From contig JBKBYA010000006.1 in the NCBI GenBank assembly GCA_046313635.1, forward strand, positions 1 through 64,000: a stretch of DNA of 64,000 bases, read 5' to 3'. Shown here in pieces: positions 20,663-30,689 of this stretch; the stretch's first letter is position 1; each line of letters starts with the position of its first letter. A program made the position numbers and the translations under genes. Under the pieces are notes generated by a model. That model saw only the letters and a program-made list of their open reading frames with translations, was not told where the DNA came from and did no database searches. This DNA is from Pyrinomonadaceae bacterium. GTDB taxonomy: Bacteria > Acidobacteriota > Blastocatellia > Pyrinomonadales > Pyrinomonadaceae.

Positions 20663-21481
20663 ATGAAGACCCTGTTCACACTCGTACTGCTAACGCTCAC
20701 CGCAGCCGTTCACGCACAATCGACGCCCGACATCGTCTCGACGCGCGAGATGGAGCGGATCAATTGGATGGAATTCAAAGAAACGGTGCCGTCAAAGGTC
20801 AACACCGTACTGCTGCCGACCGGCACGCTCGAGCCGCACGGCGTGATCAATAACGGGGCCGACAACACGGCGCCGTTCGCGATGGCGAAAACGATCGCAC
20901 GCCGCGTGAACGCGATGATCGCGCCGACGCTGCCGTACGGCATCACCGGCTCGATGGAGGCTTACCCCGGCGCGTTCCAGATAACCGAGGCCGCGTATCG
21001 CCCGTTCGTCAAACAGATCCTCGAGGGCCTCGCAAAGAACGGCTTCAAGAACATCATCATTCTCAACGGCCACGGCGGCGGACAGACCGCCGTCCTGCAG
21101 TCGGTCGCGGCCGAGGTCGCGACAGAGCGGCGCGTGCGGACGCTTGTGATCAACTGGTGGTCGTTTGCGTCGGATGAAACGAAAGAAGTTTTTGGCGAAG
21201 ACGGCGGTCACGCCGGCTGGAACGAAACGGCGTTCATCCAGGCTATCGACCCGACGCTTGTGCATCGCGAGAAGTACAAGGACGACCTCGCGACGGCGTA
21301 TCCCGCGCCGGGCACGTGGTCGGCCGTGCCCTTCCCTTCGTCGATCGGGCTTTACCAAAAAGGTCAGGGCTACCCCAAATTCGATCAGGCCAAAGCGGAC
21401 CTCTACTACAAAAAGGTCACAGACAAGGTCGCAAACCTCATTTCAGACACGATACGCAAGTGGGACCTCGCGGGACTGTGA
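20663..21481 (+). CDS. Creatininase-family amidohydrolase with signal peptide
   Basis: LLPTGTLEPHG, D, NGHGG, GGHAG..ET metal ligands; N-terminal signal MKTLFTLVLLTLTAAVHA. Confidence 0.88.
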   Translation: MKTLFTLVLLTLTAAVHAQSTPDIVSTREMERINWMEFKETVPSKVNTVLLPTGTLEPHGVINNGADNTAPFAMAKTIARRVNAMIAPTLPYGITGSMEAYPGAFQITEAAYRPFVKQILEGLAKNGFKNIIILNGHGGGQTAVLQSVAAEVATERRVRTLVINWWSFASDETKEVFGEDGGHAGWNETAFIQAIDPTLVHREKYKDDLATAYPAPGTWSAVPFPSSIGLYQKGQGYPKFDQAKADLYYKKVTDKVANLISDTIRKWDLAGL

Positions 21482-21498
21482 ACAAATGCGGCATGCGC

Positions 21499-21596
21499 CG
21501 CGGCGCGTCTGGGGCGTCGCTGAATGCCGCTTGCGCCGCGACCACCGGTGTAACTCCGGATAGGACACAAGGCATTCGCAGCGCGGACGCGCCGCG
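21499..21596. repeat. Long imperfect intergenic hairpin between convergent genes
   Basis: CGCGGCGCGTC/GACGCGCCGCG outer stem and GAATGCC/GGCATTC inner stem. Confidence 0.55.
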
Positions 21597-21602
21597 AGCG
21601 TG

Positions 21603-22061
21603 TTAACGCTTCCAGTAATTTCGGATCTTAAGATCGAGCATCGGGAAGGCGCAGTACTCTACGCTGCGGCCCGACTCGCGGAGCTTCTGCACCATCGGGA
21701 TCGCGGCGTCGGCGTTGCGTGTGTGGACGATGATCGTCGCGGCCCGCTGGAGCTCAGGATTTTCGTTGAGCCATTCGGCGATGGCGTAGCCCGTGTTCGC
21801 AAAATCGCCGTGGTCGTTTGACTCGTAATGGTGCGGCAGCAGGTCGTGATCGAGAAAGATCGCGTCAAAGCTGCTCTCTTCAAGGATCTGCTTGGCTTCG
21901 TCAACGGTCTCAGCGATCGCGAGCTCGTCGCCGTCAAACCGCTTCTCGAACCAGCGATGCCGGCGACGATCGTCGTCCAGCAAGAATACCGATATCGGCG
22001 TCCGCTCGGCTTTTACATCGGCGAGGCCGAGTCGGATCATTATGCTTCGAATGAGGCCCAT
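21603..22061 (-). CDS. Receiver-fold protein resembling the cyclic-phosphate-processing receiver (cREC) family
   Basis: FLLDDDRRR, IFLDHDL, TGYAIAEWL, IIVHTRN; no canonical CheY KP motif. Confidence 0.7.
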   Translation of the reverse strand: MGLIRSIMIRLGLADVKAERTPISVFLLDDDRRRHRWFEKRFDGDELAIAETVDEAKQILEESSFDAIFLDHDLLPHHYESNDHGDFANTGYAIAEWLNENPELQRAATIIVHTRNADAAIPMVQKLRESGRSVEYCAFPMLDLKIRNYWKR

Positions 22062-22212
22062 AGTAATTGTCTAGAACGATCACAATTCGGATTTTAGCAC
22101 ACGGGGCCGCGGCGATTTGGGAGCGACGGCTCGAGTTTAGGCCGCGTTTCGCGACATCTTTGTGGACGTCCGAATTCGGGTGCTATAATCCGCGCCGACG
22201 CTCAATCCATCC

Positions 22213-22974
22213 ATGTCGAACGAATCTCAACGCAAACAAAAATTGACGGTCGTCGCCGAGGACGATCCCGATGCCGAGGCCGCCGGCGTCTGTACCGTGT
22301 GCTTCGGCACCGGCATGGAGATCGTCGAGGGCAAGGGCGCGAGAATGTGCGTCTGCCGCAAACGCGACACCCAGACGAGCTCGCTCAAACGCGCGCGGCT
22401 GCCGCGCCGGTACGAGGCCTGTCACTTCCATAACTACAAACCTAAAAACCCCTCGCAGGTGCGCGCGCTCAAGATGGCGATGCAGCTCGCGATGGAATTC
22501 CCGGCCGCCGACGAGGGACTGCTTTTTTCGGGGCCGGTCGGCGTGGGCAAGACGCATCTCGCCGTTTCGGTGCTGAAGGGCTTGACCGAGCGCGGATTCA
22601 ACTGTTTGTTTTACGAGTTCGGAACGCTGCTCAAGGAAATTCAGGATTCGTACAATCCGAACACAAAAGCTTCGGAACTGACGGTGCTCGGGCCCGTCCT
22701 CAACGCCGACGTCCTCGTCCTCGACGAGCTCGGCGCTTCAAAGCCGACCGACTGGGTCCGTGACACGATGGCGCACATTATCAACTCGCGATACAACGAC
22801 CGCCGGCTGACGATCTTTACGACGAATTACGCGGACGAGCGCGCGAGCGAACGCGAGGAGACGCTCGAGGACCGCATCGGCGTGAGGCTGCGTTCGAGAT
22901 TGTACGAGATGTGCCGGACGATCTCGATCGTCGGCGACGATCACCGCAAGAGTCTCAATAAGCCGCTGCGGTAG
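22213..22974 (+). CDS. DnaC/IstB-like AAA+ ATPase with N-terminal Zn-binding motif
   Basis: CTVC...[28 protein letters not shown]...TIFTTN, RSRLYEM; extended -10 TGcTATAAT at 22181-22189. Confidence 0.88.
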   Translation: MSNESQRKQKLTVVAEDDPDAEAAGVCTVCFGTGMEIVEGKGARMCVCRKRDTQTSSLKRARLPRRYEACHFHNYKPKNPSQVRALKMAMQLAMEFPAADEGLLFSGPVGVGKTHLAVSVLKGLTERGFNCLFYEFGTLLKEIQDSYNPNTKASELTVLGPVLNADVLVLDELGASKPTDWVRDTMAHIINSRYNDRRLTIFTTNYADERASEREETLEDRIGVRLRSRLYEMCRTISIVGDDHRKSLNKPLR

Positions 22975-22975
22975 T

Positions 22976-23602
22976 TCAGGGCGATGAAGACGATCCTTTC
23001 GAGACCGCGGTCTTAACGGCCGCGGTCTTTATTTTTGGCAAGAGGCGATAACCGAGCAGCACGCTCAGCACGAGTGCGAAGATGGCCGGATAGAGAACGT
23101 CCGACTTTACGATCATCCAAAAGTGAACCACCCCGGCGACGGCGATCGGGTAGATGAGGCGATGGAGCATTTGCCAGCGCTTGCCGCCGAGACGTTTGAT
23201 CATTCCGCTGGTCGAAGTTGCGGCCAGCGGCACCATCGCGAGGAACGCCGCCATCCCGATCGCGATAAAAGGCCGACGCGCGACGTCGGTGATCGTTCCC
23301 CAAAGATCGAGCCCGCGGTCGAAAACGAGATACGTGATCAGGTGCAGGCAAACGTAAAAGAAAGTGTAGAGCCCGAGCATACGCCGCACCTTTATCAGGT
23401 CGTTCCAGCCCAAGGTCTTTCTGAGCGGCGTGATCGCCAGCGTGGCGAATAAAGCAACCAGCGTAAGCACGCCGGTCGTGCGTAGTACGAATTCGACCGG
23501 ATTCGCTCCCAGCCGACCGCGTGCGGCATCGACCGCGATCATCGCGAGCGGCACGAGCGCGTTGACCGAGACGACGACCTTTTTGAACTGTGTGTCATTC
23601 AT
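22976..23602 (-). CDS. msrQ: Methionine sulfoxide reductase heme-binding subunit
   Basis: RRMLGL..FFY..LH, PLAATS, WQMLHRLIY, H ligands. Confidence 0.93.
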   Translation of the reverse strand: MNDTQFKKVVVSVNALVPLAMIAVDAARGRLGANPVEFVLRTTGVLTLVALFATLAITPLRKTLGWNDLIKVRRMLGLYTFFYVCLHLITYLVFDRGLDLWGTITDVARRPFIAIGMAAFLAMVPLAATSTSGMIKRLGGKRWQMLHRLIYPIAVAGVVHFWMIVKSDVLYPAIFALVLSVLLGYRLLPKIKTAAVKTAVSKGSSSSP

Positions 23603-23614
23603 AGCGGCGTCGGC

Positions 23615-24583
<969 letters not shown>

Positions 24584-24780
24584 ATCTACCGGTTTCGAAG
24601 GCGCTTTATATGCAGTTTCGATCTTACCGAACATTCGCGGCGGTCAATTCCATTTAATTGCGGGCTGACGGCCCAAACGACGATTGTTCAAATTTTTTTC
24701 AACAAAAGTATTTCATTTTGAACGAAAATCTGTATAATGTGGTCACGGGCACGCCCTACCTCAGCCCGCACCACCTTTGT

Positions 24781-26202
24781 ATGCTCACCTCAAATCAGCT
24801 CCTTCAAAAAGGAAGATACCGAATTCTGAACACGCTCTCGAGCGATCAGGCCAAGGGCTTTTATTCGGCGTACGACACGGTCAGCGAGACCACCGTTGTC
24901 GTTCGCGAGTCGACGGGCACCGGTGCTGATGCTCTCGACAGCTCGTGCGTCGGCGTCGAAAATCTTCGAGGCATTCGTCACGATTCGCTGCTGGGTCTCA
25001 GCGATTACTTTCAAGAGACCGAGCGCGGCTATATGGTCTTTGGGCCTTTCGACGGCAAGGACCTCGCCGAGCATATCTCGGCCCGCGGCTCGCGGCCGTC
25101 GGTCGACGAGGTCATCGCATGGACCGGCCAGATCCTCGGAGCCCTCGACTATTTACATCGTCTGCCGACCCCGATCATCCACGGCAATATTCGTCCGCAG
25201 ACGATATGCGTCGCCGGCGACGGAACGGTAAAACTTCTCGCCGCACCGTCCGACCCTCGAGACCCGGCCGACGAAGGCGTCGCCTACCGGCCGCTCGAGC
25301 AGGTCTGGAGCAGTCTCGACCCGACCTCGCAAAAGGTCGTCGCCAAGAGCCTTGGCGATGATTATGAGCCTCAGCTCCGCAAGCCGCTAGACGCGCGATC
25401 AGATATCTATTCGCTGGCCGCAGTTGCCTACGAGCTGCTGTGCGGCGAGACGCCGAGGGCCGCGCTCGAACGCGCGATCGAGATGCTGGACGATAATCCC
25501 GATCCGCTGACGCCGCTCGCCGAAGCCGCACCCGAGGTTCCTGCTGAATTTGCCGGGCTCGTGATGCGCGCACTCTCGATGAGGCGCGAAGAGCGGTTCG
25601 CGTCTGCCGAAGAGTTCAGGTCGTTACTGCCCTCAAACGGCCTTCGGGCCGCAGCCCGGCCGCCGGCGGACGACAATGCAGTACTTGATCTCGAGCCCGC
25701 AGCGGTACCGGCCACGAATGTCGGTTTCGAGTGGAGCGAAGAGGAGCTTTATACCGATACCGCTGATAAGAGTGAGGCATCCTCCCCGCATTCGACAGCC
25801 GACGACGGCGACTTTGCCTTCAGCACGCCCGAGCCCGCCAAGAAGTCGTGGCTGGTCCCTGCCATTGCCGCAGCGGTACTGGTGCTCGCGGCCGTTGGGG
25901 GCTGGTTTGCACTGTCGGGCGGAAGCTCTCCCGCGCCGGCCGCGACGGCGTCGCAGCAGGTCCAGGCCCAGCCCTCCACGCAGCCTGCAGCCGAGTCGCC
26001 TGCGGCCGAGCTCCCGGCGTCACAGGACGTTTCTGCGACGTCCGCAAATCCCGCGCAGACCGGCGAGCAGACAGCCGCCGAAAAACGGAATGCCGCTGCC
26101 CCGGCCGCAAAGGACAAGGACAAGAAAGCGACCGCTCCGGCCGCGAAACCGTCCGAAGAGAAGAAAAAGGTAACCGTTGACGACTTGATCAACGATAACT
26201 AG
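24781..26202 (+). CDS. Membrane-anchored Ser/Thr kinase-like protein, probable pseudokinase
   Basis: Kinase C-lobe retained (ALDYLH..PTPIIH, YRPLEQ, SDIYSLA, R...RFASAEEF) but catalytic motifs degenerate; one TM and an Ala/Pro-rich tail. Confidence 0.8.
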   Translation: MLTSNQLLQKGRYRILNTLSSDQAKGFYSAYDTVSETTVVVRESTGTGADALDSSCVGVENLRGIRHDSLLGLSDYFQETERGYMVFGPFDGKDLAEHISARGSRPSVDEVIAWTGQILGALDYLHRLPTPIIHGNIRPQTICVAGDGTVKLLAAPSDPRDPADEGVAYRPLEQVWSSLDPTSQKVVAKSLGDDYEPQLRKPLDARSDIYSLAAVAYELLCGETPRAALERAIEMLDDNPDPLTPLAEAAPEVPAEFAGLVMRALSMRREERFASAEEFRSLLPSNGLRAAARPPADDNAVLDLEPAAVPATNVGFEWSEEELYTDTADKSEASSPHSTADDGDFAFSTPEPAKKSWLVPAIAAAVLVLAAVGGWFALSGGSSPAPAATASQQVQAQPSTQPAAESPAAELPASQDVSATSANPAQTGEQTAAEKRNAAAPAAKDKDKKATAPAAKPSEEKKKVTVDDLINDN

Positions 26203-26240
26203 TTCCCACCTATTAGCGATCCGCTACGACAAGAACGCAT

Positions 26241-27362
26241 ATGAACCCTTGCAAATCCAACCGTGCTTCAAATTCCGGTGTCGTACAAAAGTTGTTGACC
26301 GGAGCCTTCCTAATTTCGATCTTTGCGGTACTCGCCAGCGGTCAGGCGACGCAGCCGCCGCCCCAGCTGACGCTCGCCGACATTCTCATAGCGCTGCGTT
26401 CAAAGAAGCTGACGCTTCCGGAGAGGAACAAGATCCTGACCGATGCGGTCATGCAGCGCGGGATCACGTTCGCTTATTCGAACGAGATCGAGGTCGAGCT
26501 GCAGGCTACAGGGGCCGATGAGGCCTTGATCGGCGCGATCAAACGTAAGAGCCCGATCGTAAAGACCGCCGCGGTCGTTACGCCGCCGGTGACCGAGCCT
26601 AAGCCGGCGCCGCCGCCGGAGTGGCAGGTCTTTCAACAGCGGGCCGACGCAAGCGTCGCACGCGGCGATTACGACGCCGCGGTCGTCGAGTACGGCAGGG
26701 CTATCGAACTGAGGCCGACGCTCGCAGATGCCTACTTCAGCCGCGGTCTGATCTATTTGAACAAGACCTGGTGGGAACAGGCGATCGCCGATTTTTCGAA
26801 GGTTGTCGAGTTGAATCCAAAAGACGCCGCGGCCTTTATCAACCGGGCCAAAGCTTGGGAAAAGAAGGGCGACGCTGCAAAAGCAAAGGCCGACTACCAA
26901 AGCGCTCTGGCGATCAACGCGGACAACGCGGCCGCTAAGGCGGGCCTTGCACGCATCGAGGCCGACGAAGCCAAAGCTCTCGCTGCGGCTCCCGCTGCCG
27001 ACAAGAAGCCGGCCGCTAACCCGACGACGGCCGCCGCGGGATCTGAGCAGCCCGTCAAGATCGTTCCGACCTCGATCGACCTCGGCACCTTGAGCTCGGC
27101 AAACGCCGTCCGAATGGTCAAGCCGACCTATTCTCCGATCGCTCTGCGGTCAAATATTTCGGGCAAGGTCACCGTTAAAGTGACGCTCGACGAAGAAGGC
27201 AACGTAACGTCGGCAAAAGCGATCGACGGACATCAGCTCCTTCGCCAGACGAGCGAGGACGCGGCAATGAAGTCGAAATTCAAGCCGGCGATGTATGAAG
27301 GCAAGCCGATCAGATCGACCGGAACGATCGTCTATAACTACGACCCTCAGGCCGGCCGATAG
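26241..27362 (+). CDS. Exported TPR-repeat protein with C-terminal TonB domain
   Basis: About 3 TPRs (AYFSRGLIY, AFINRAKAW); TonB_C KPTYSPIALRSNISGKVTVKVTLDEEGNV...FKPA. Confidence 0.88.
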   Translation: MNPCKSNRASNSGVVQKLLTGAFLISIFAVLASGQATQPPPQLTLADILIALRSKKLTLPERNKILTDAVMQRGITFAYSNEIEVELQATGADEALIGAIKRKSPIVKTAAVVTPPVTEPKPAPPPEWQVFQQRADASVARGDYDAAVVEYGRAIELRPTLADAYFSRGLIYLNKTWWEQAIADFSKVVELNPKDAAAFINRAKAWEKKGDAAKAKADYQSALAINADNAAAKAGLARIEADEAKALAAAPAADKKPAANPTTAAAGSEQPVKIVPTSIDLGTLSSANAVRMVKPTYSPIALRSNISGKVTVKVTLDEEGNVTSAKAIDGHQLLRQTSEDAAMKSKFKPAMYEGKPIRSTGTIVYNYDPQAGR

Positions 27363-27367
27363 ACCGA

Positions 27368-28225
27368 TCAATAAGCGCCTGCCGCGGTTTCGGTCGTCAC
27401 GCCCTCGGCCTCGCGGGCGATCTTGACGCCGACGCTTGCACCGATGCGGGTCGCTCCGGCCTTCAGCATCTCGCGAGCATCTTCGATCCCTTTTACTCCG
27501 CCGGAAGCTTTCACTCCCAGAGAGCTTCCGACGGTTTTTCTCATAAGAGCGACGTCGTGCGACGTCGCGCCGCCTTTGGCAAAGCCGGTCGAGGTCTTGA
27601 CGAAATCCGCTCCCGCATTCTTTGCTGCGATGCACGCCCGTACCTTTTCCTGATCGGTCAGAAGGGCCGTCTCGATGATTACCTTGCAGAGGACATGATT
27701 CTCGTGCGCGGCCTCGACGACCGCCCTGATGTCCTCTTCGACGGCACAGTCGTCGCCGGACTTGAGCGCTCCGATATTGATCACCATATCGACCTCGCGG
27801 GCGCCGTCAAAGATCGCTCGCCGCGCCTCGTAGGCCTTGACGTCTGGCAGGGTCGCCCCGAGCGGAAAGCCGATCACCGTACAGACCGGTACTCCCGTGC
27901 CTTTAAGGTACGCGGCCGCTCTTTTTACCCAGGACGGGTTAACGCACACGGACGCAAACCCGAATTGCGCGGCCTCGTCACAAAGCTTTTTGATGTCGGC
28001 CTCGCTTGCCTCGGGCTTGAGCAGAGTGTGGTCGATCAGGCTCGCCCAGTCGTGCGCGGTCGCCGTCTCGCCCAGAACGATGCCGATCCGCTCAGCTCCC
28101 GCGTCGACGATCCTCTCGACGTCCGCCCGGCAAAAGGTCGGGCACCATTCATTTTCGCCCAGGCGTGACATGACCAGATCGGTGATCTGGTCGACGAGTT
28201 GTTCGTAACTGCCGTTGGTCTGCAT
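27368..28225 (-). CDS. deoC: Deoxyribose-phosphate aldolase with N-terminal extension
   Basis: [53 protein letters not shown]. Confidence 0.96.
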   Translation of the reverse strand: MQTNGSYEQLVDQITDLVMSRLGENEWCPTFCRADVERIVDAGAERIGIVLGETATAHDWASLIDHTLLKPEASEADIKKLCDEAAQFGFASVCVNPSWVKRAAAYLKGTGVPVCTVIGFPLGATLPDVKAYEARRAIFDGAREVDMVINIGALKSGDDCAVEEDIRAVVEAAHENHVLCKVIIETALLTDQEKVRACIAAKNAGADFVKTSTGFAKGGATSHDVALMRKTVGSSLGVKASGGVKGIEDAREMLKAGATRIGASVGVKIAREAEGVTTETAAGAY

Positions 28226-28233
28226 ATCAAAAT

Positions 28234-29019
28234 TCAAATTCGTCCGCGGTACGATCCGTCGATCTGGTCGATCTTGCCCACGCGGCGTTTATGGCGCTCC
28301 TCGGTCAGTTCGCTCGCAAGAAAGGCCTGGACGATCTCTTTGATCTCCTCGATCGAGTTTTGCCCGCTGCCGAGGGTCAGGACGTTGGCTCCGTTGTGCT
28401 CTCTCGAATTGACCGCGAGAGCAGGCGAGTAGCACGCCGCAGCTCGCACGCCCGGCACCTTGTTAGCTGTGATCGCGCTTCCGATGCCGGCTCCGTCGAC
28501 GACTATCCCGACGTCAGCCCTTCGCTCGGCGACATCTCTTGCGACGGCGTGGGCGTGATCTGGATAGTCGACCGCATCCGTCGAGTCTGTGCCGCGGTCG
28601 ATGACCTGCAGCCCGGCGCGCTCGAGCCAGATCCTGATCTGCTCTTTGACGGCAAAGCCGCCGTGATCGGCGCCGACCGAGACCGTGCGCAGCTTGATCA
28701 GATTCTGACGGCCGGTCTTGCGGATCAGCTCGATCTCGAAATCGCGGACGAGGTCCTGAGCAAGCGGCGTGAGACGCGCGCTCTCGGCGATGCGTACCCG
28801 GGCCCCGCGGTCCAAGCCGCGAAGGTCGTCTTCGGTGATCAGCGATTTTGCCGATTCGTCGCGGTCAAATTCCCGTCCGAGCTTGTCCTTGAGCGAGTTG
28901 ACGACGACGTGTTCGGGCGTAGCCCTCGGCTCGACCGGAGCTGCGTCCGGCACAGAGCTGAGAACTTCTTTGACAAGTGCTCTGACACGATCTCGGGTAT
29001 TGTCTGTCGGTTCTGACAT
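28234..29019 (-). CDS. rpiB: Ribose-5-phosphate isomerase B with N-terminal extension
   Basis: [47 protein letters not shown]. Confidence 0.93.
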   Translation of the reverse strand: MSEPTDNTRDRVRALVKEVLSSVPDAAPVEPRATPEHVVVNSLKDKLGREFDRDESAKSLITEDDLRGLDRGARVRIAESARLTPLAQDLVRDFEIELIRKTGRQNLIKLRTVSVGADHGGFAVKEQIRIWLERAGLQVIDRGTDSTDAVDYPDHAHAVARDVAERRADVGIVVDGAGIGSAITANKVPGVRAAACYSPALAVNSREHNGANVLTLGSGQNSIEEIKEIVQAFLASELTEERHKRRVGKIDQIDGSYRGRI

Positions 29020-29120
29020 CGATGCTGGAGCGTGATCGGACAACCCAACTAGAGGGGTAAGACTTGCTAATGTCCGGACACTTTGAATAGTATTTCCAAA
29101 AGTTTCGTCAATCAAATCCT

Positions 29121-29696
29121 ATGTCATCAGAAGCTACCGTGGGTGCTGCGACAGAATTCGCCAATCCCAACCTCGAGGTACTTTTCACCCGCGAGCAGAT
29201 CGCAGATCGAGTCGTCGAACTCGGCCGACAGATAACCGCCGAATACGCGGGCAAGGAGCTCGTGCTTGTCGGGGTGCTCAAGGGCTCGTGCGTCTTCATG
29301 GCCGATCTTATGCGGGCGATCGACCTCAACCTCACGATCGATTTTATGTCGGTCTCGAGCTACAAGGACGGCACGCAGTCGACCGGCGACGTCGAGATAC
29401 TGAAGGACCTCAGCAATCCGATCCGCGACAAGCACGTCATCGTCGTCGAGGACATCATAGACACAGGCCTTACGCTGTCGAGACTGCTGGACATCCTCGG
29501 CTCGCGCGGGGCGGCATCTATTCGGCTCGCGACCTTTCTCGACAAACCCGAGCCGCGCATCAAGAAAGAGGTAAAGGTCGATTATTGCGGCTTTGTCATT
29601 CCAAACCGATTCGTCGTCGGATACGGACTCGACGCCGCCGGGCGCTATCGAAACCTGCCATTCATCGCGGTCGTCAAAGACCCGGCCGCGGTGTGA
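29121..29696 (+). CDS. hpt: Hypoxanthine phosphoribosyltransferase
   Basis: [31 protein letters not shown]...YRNLP. Confidence 0.97.
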   Translation: MSSEATVGAATEFANPNLEVLFTREQIADRVVELGRQITAEYAGKELVLVGVLKGSCVFMADLMRAIDLNLTIDFMSVSSYKDGTQSTGDVEILKDLSNPIRDKHVIVVEDIIDTGLTLSRLLDILGSRGAASIRLATFLDKPEPRIKKEVKVDYCGFVIPNRFVVGYGLDAAGRYRNLPFIAVVKDPAAV

Positions 29697-29716
29697 AGCC
29701 AAGCTGCGCGGCCCGT

Positions 29717-29745
29717 TTGACCGAATAAGTTCGGTTCTTTATAAT
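29717..29745 (+). promoter_or_regulatory. sigma70 promoter of rplU-rpmA
   Basis: TTGACC, 17 nt, TATAAT. Confidence 0.75.
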
Positions 29746-29805
29746 CTAGACTTTTCGACCAACGGGCTTATTTTGCCCTGTCGATATCTGGAGAGTACAA
29801 ATACG

Positions 29806-30096
29806 ATGAGTTACGCAATCATCAGAACCGGCGGAAAGCAATTCCCAGTCGCAGAGGGTCAGACACTGCGCGTCCCGTCGATCGACGCCAAGCCTGGCGA
29901 CAAGGTCGATGTCGAGGCGCTCGTTACCGGCGAAGGCTCGGGAGCCAGCTTTGGCGGGGCGACGGTCTCGGCAACCGTGGTCGGTCACGGCCGCGACGAG
30001 AAGATCATCGTCTTCAAGAAAAAGCGCCGCAAGCAGTACAAGCGCAAACAGGGCCACCGCCAAGGTTTTACCGAGATAAAGATCGAAAAGATTTAA
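29806..30096 (+). CDS. rplU: 50S ribosomal protein L21
   Basis: [39 protein letters not shown]. Confidence 0.98.
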   Translation: MSYAIIRTGGKQFPVAEGQTLRVPSIDAKPGDKVDVEALVTGEGSGASFGGATVSATVVGHGRDEKIIVFKKKRRKQYKRKQGHRQGFTEIKIEKI

Positions 30097-30108
30097 CAGG
30101 ATTCAGCT

Positions 30109-30378
30109 ATGGCACATAAGAAAGGAGTAGGTTCATCGAGGAACGGCCGCGATTCGCATTCGAAGCGGCTCGGTCTCAAGAAATTCGGCGGCGAGCATGT
30201 CCTCGGCGGAAATATCCTCGCTCGCCAGCGCGGCACCAAGTGGAAACCCGGCGTAAATGTCGGCCGCGGCAAGGACGATACGCTTTTTGCCTTGATCGAA
30301 GGCGTGGTCAAATTTGAAGACAAGGGCCAAAAAGGCAAGTTCATCAGCGTCTACGCGGTTGAGACGGCCGAGGCGTGA
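30109..30378 (+). CDS. rpmA: 50S ribosomal protein L27
   Basis: [25 protein letters not shown]. Confidence 0.99.
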   Translation: MAHKKGVGSSRNGRDSHSKRLGLKKFGGEHVLGGNILARQRGTKWKPGVNVGRGKDDTLFALIEGVVKFEDKGQKGKFISVYAVETAEA

Positions 30379-30484
30379 TCGCCGCTCCAGGCCGTATCAT
30401 TGAACGCTCGCTTTGGCGAGCGTTTTTCATTGGCGCTCGGAGCGGCGGCCGCTGCGAAAAAAATTTCGGCGTGCTGCCGGCCTA

Positions 30485-30602
30485 ATTTCCACAGGCTGTC
30501 CGTTTCGTTAGAGAAGGTTGCTGCCGAGCTTGGTTCGCACAGTTGGGCACATCGTCGATTTTCCACATTCTTATCCACAGCGCCGGGGCGCGTTTTTCCA
30601 CA
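30485..30602 (+). promoter_or_regulatory. Cluster of co-oriented DnaA boxes
   Basis: TTATCCACA 30571-30579, TTTTCCACA 30559-30567 and 30594-30602 (all fit TTWTNCACA), ATTTCCACA 30485-30493 (1 mismatch). Confidence 0.65.
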
Positions 30603-30655
30603 GACGCTTTCAAAACGGGAGATAATAGCGTGCCCGAAGTTAAAGCACTTTCTAC

Positions 30656-30683
30656 TTGACTCCGTTTTTTTCGGGTGTATTAT
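30656..30683 (+). promoter_or_regulatory. sigma70 promoter for candidate ncRNA
   Basis: TTGACT, 16 nt, TATTAT. Confidence 0.65.
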
Positions 30684-30689
30684 CGCTCC

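Noticed and set aside
22213..22974. IS21 element (istB)
   Set aside because: No istA gene or terminal inverted repeats.
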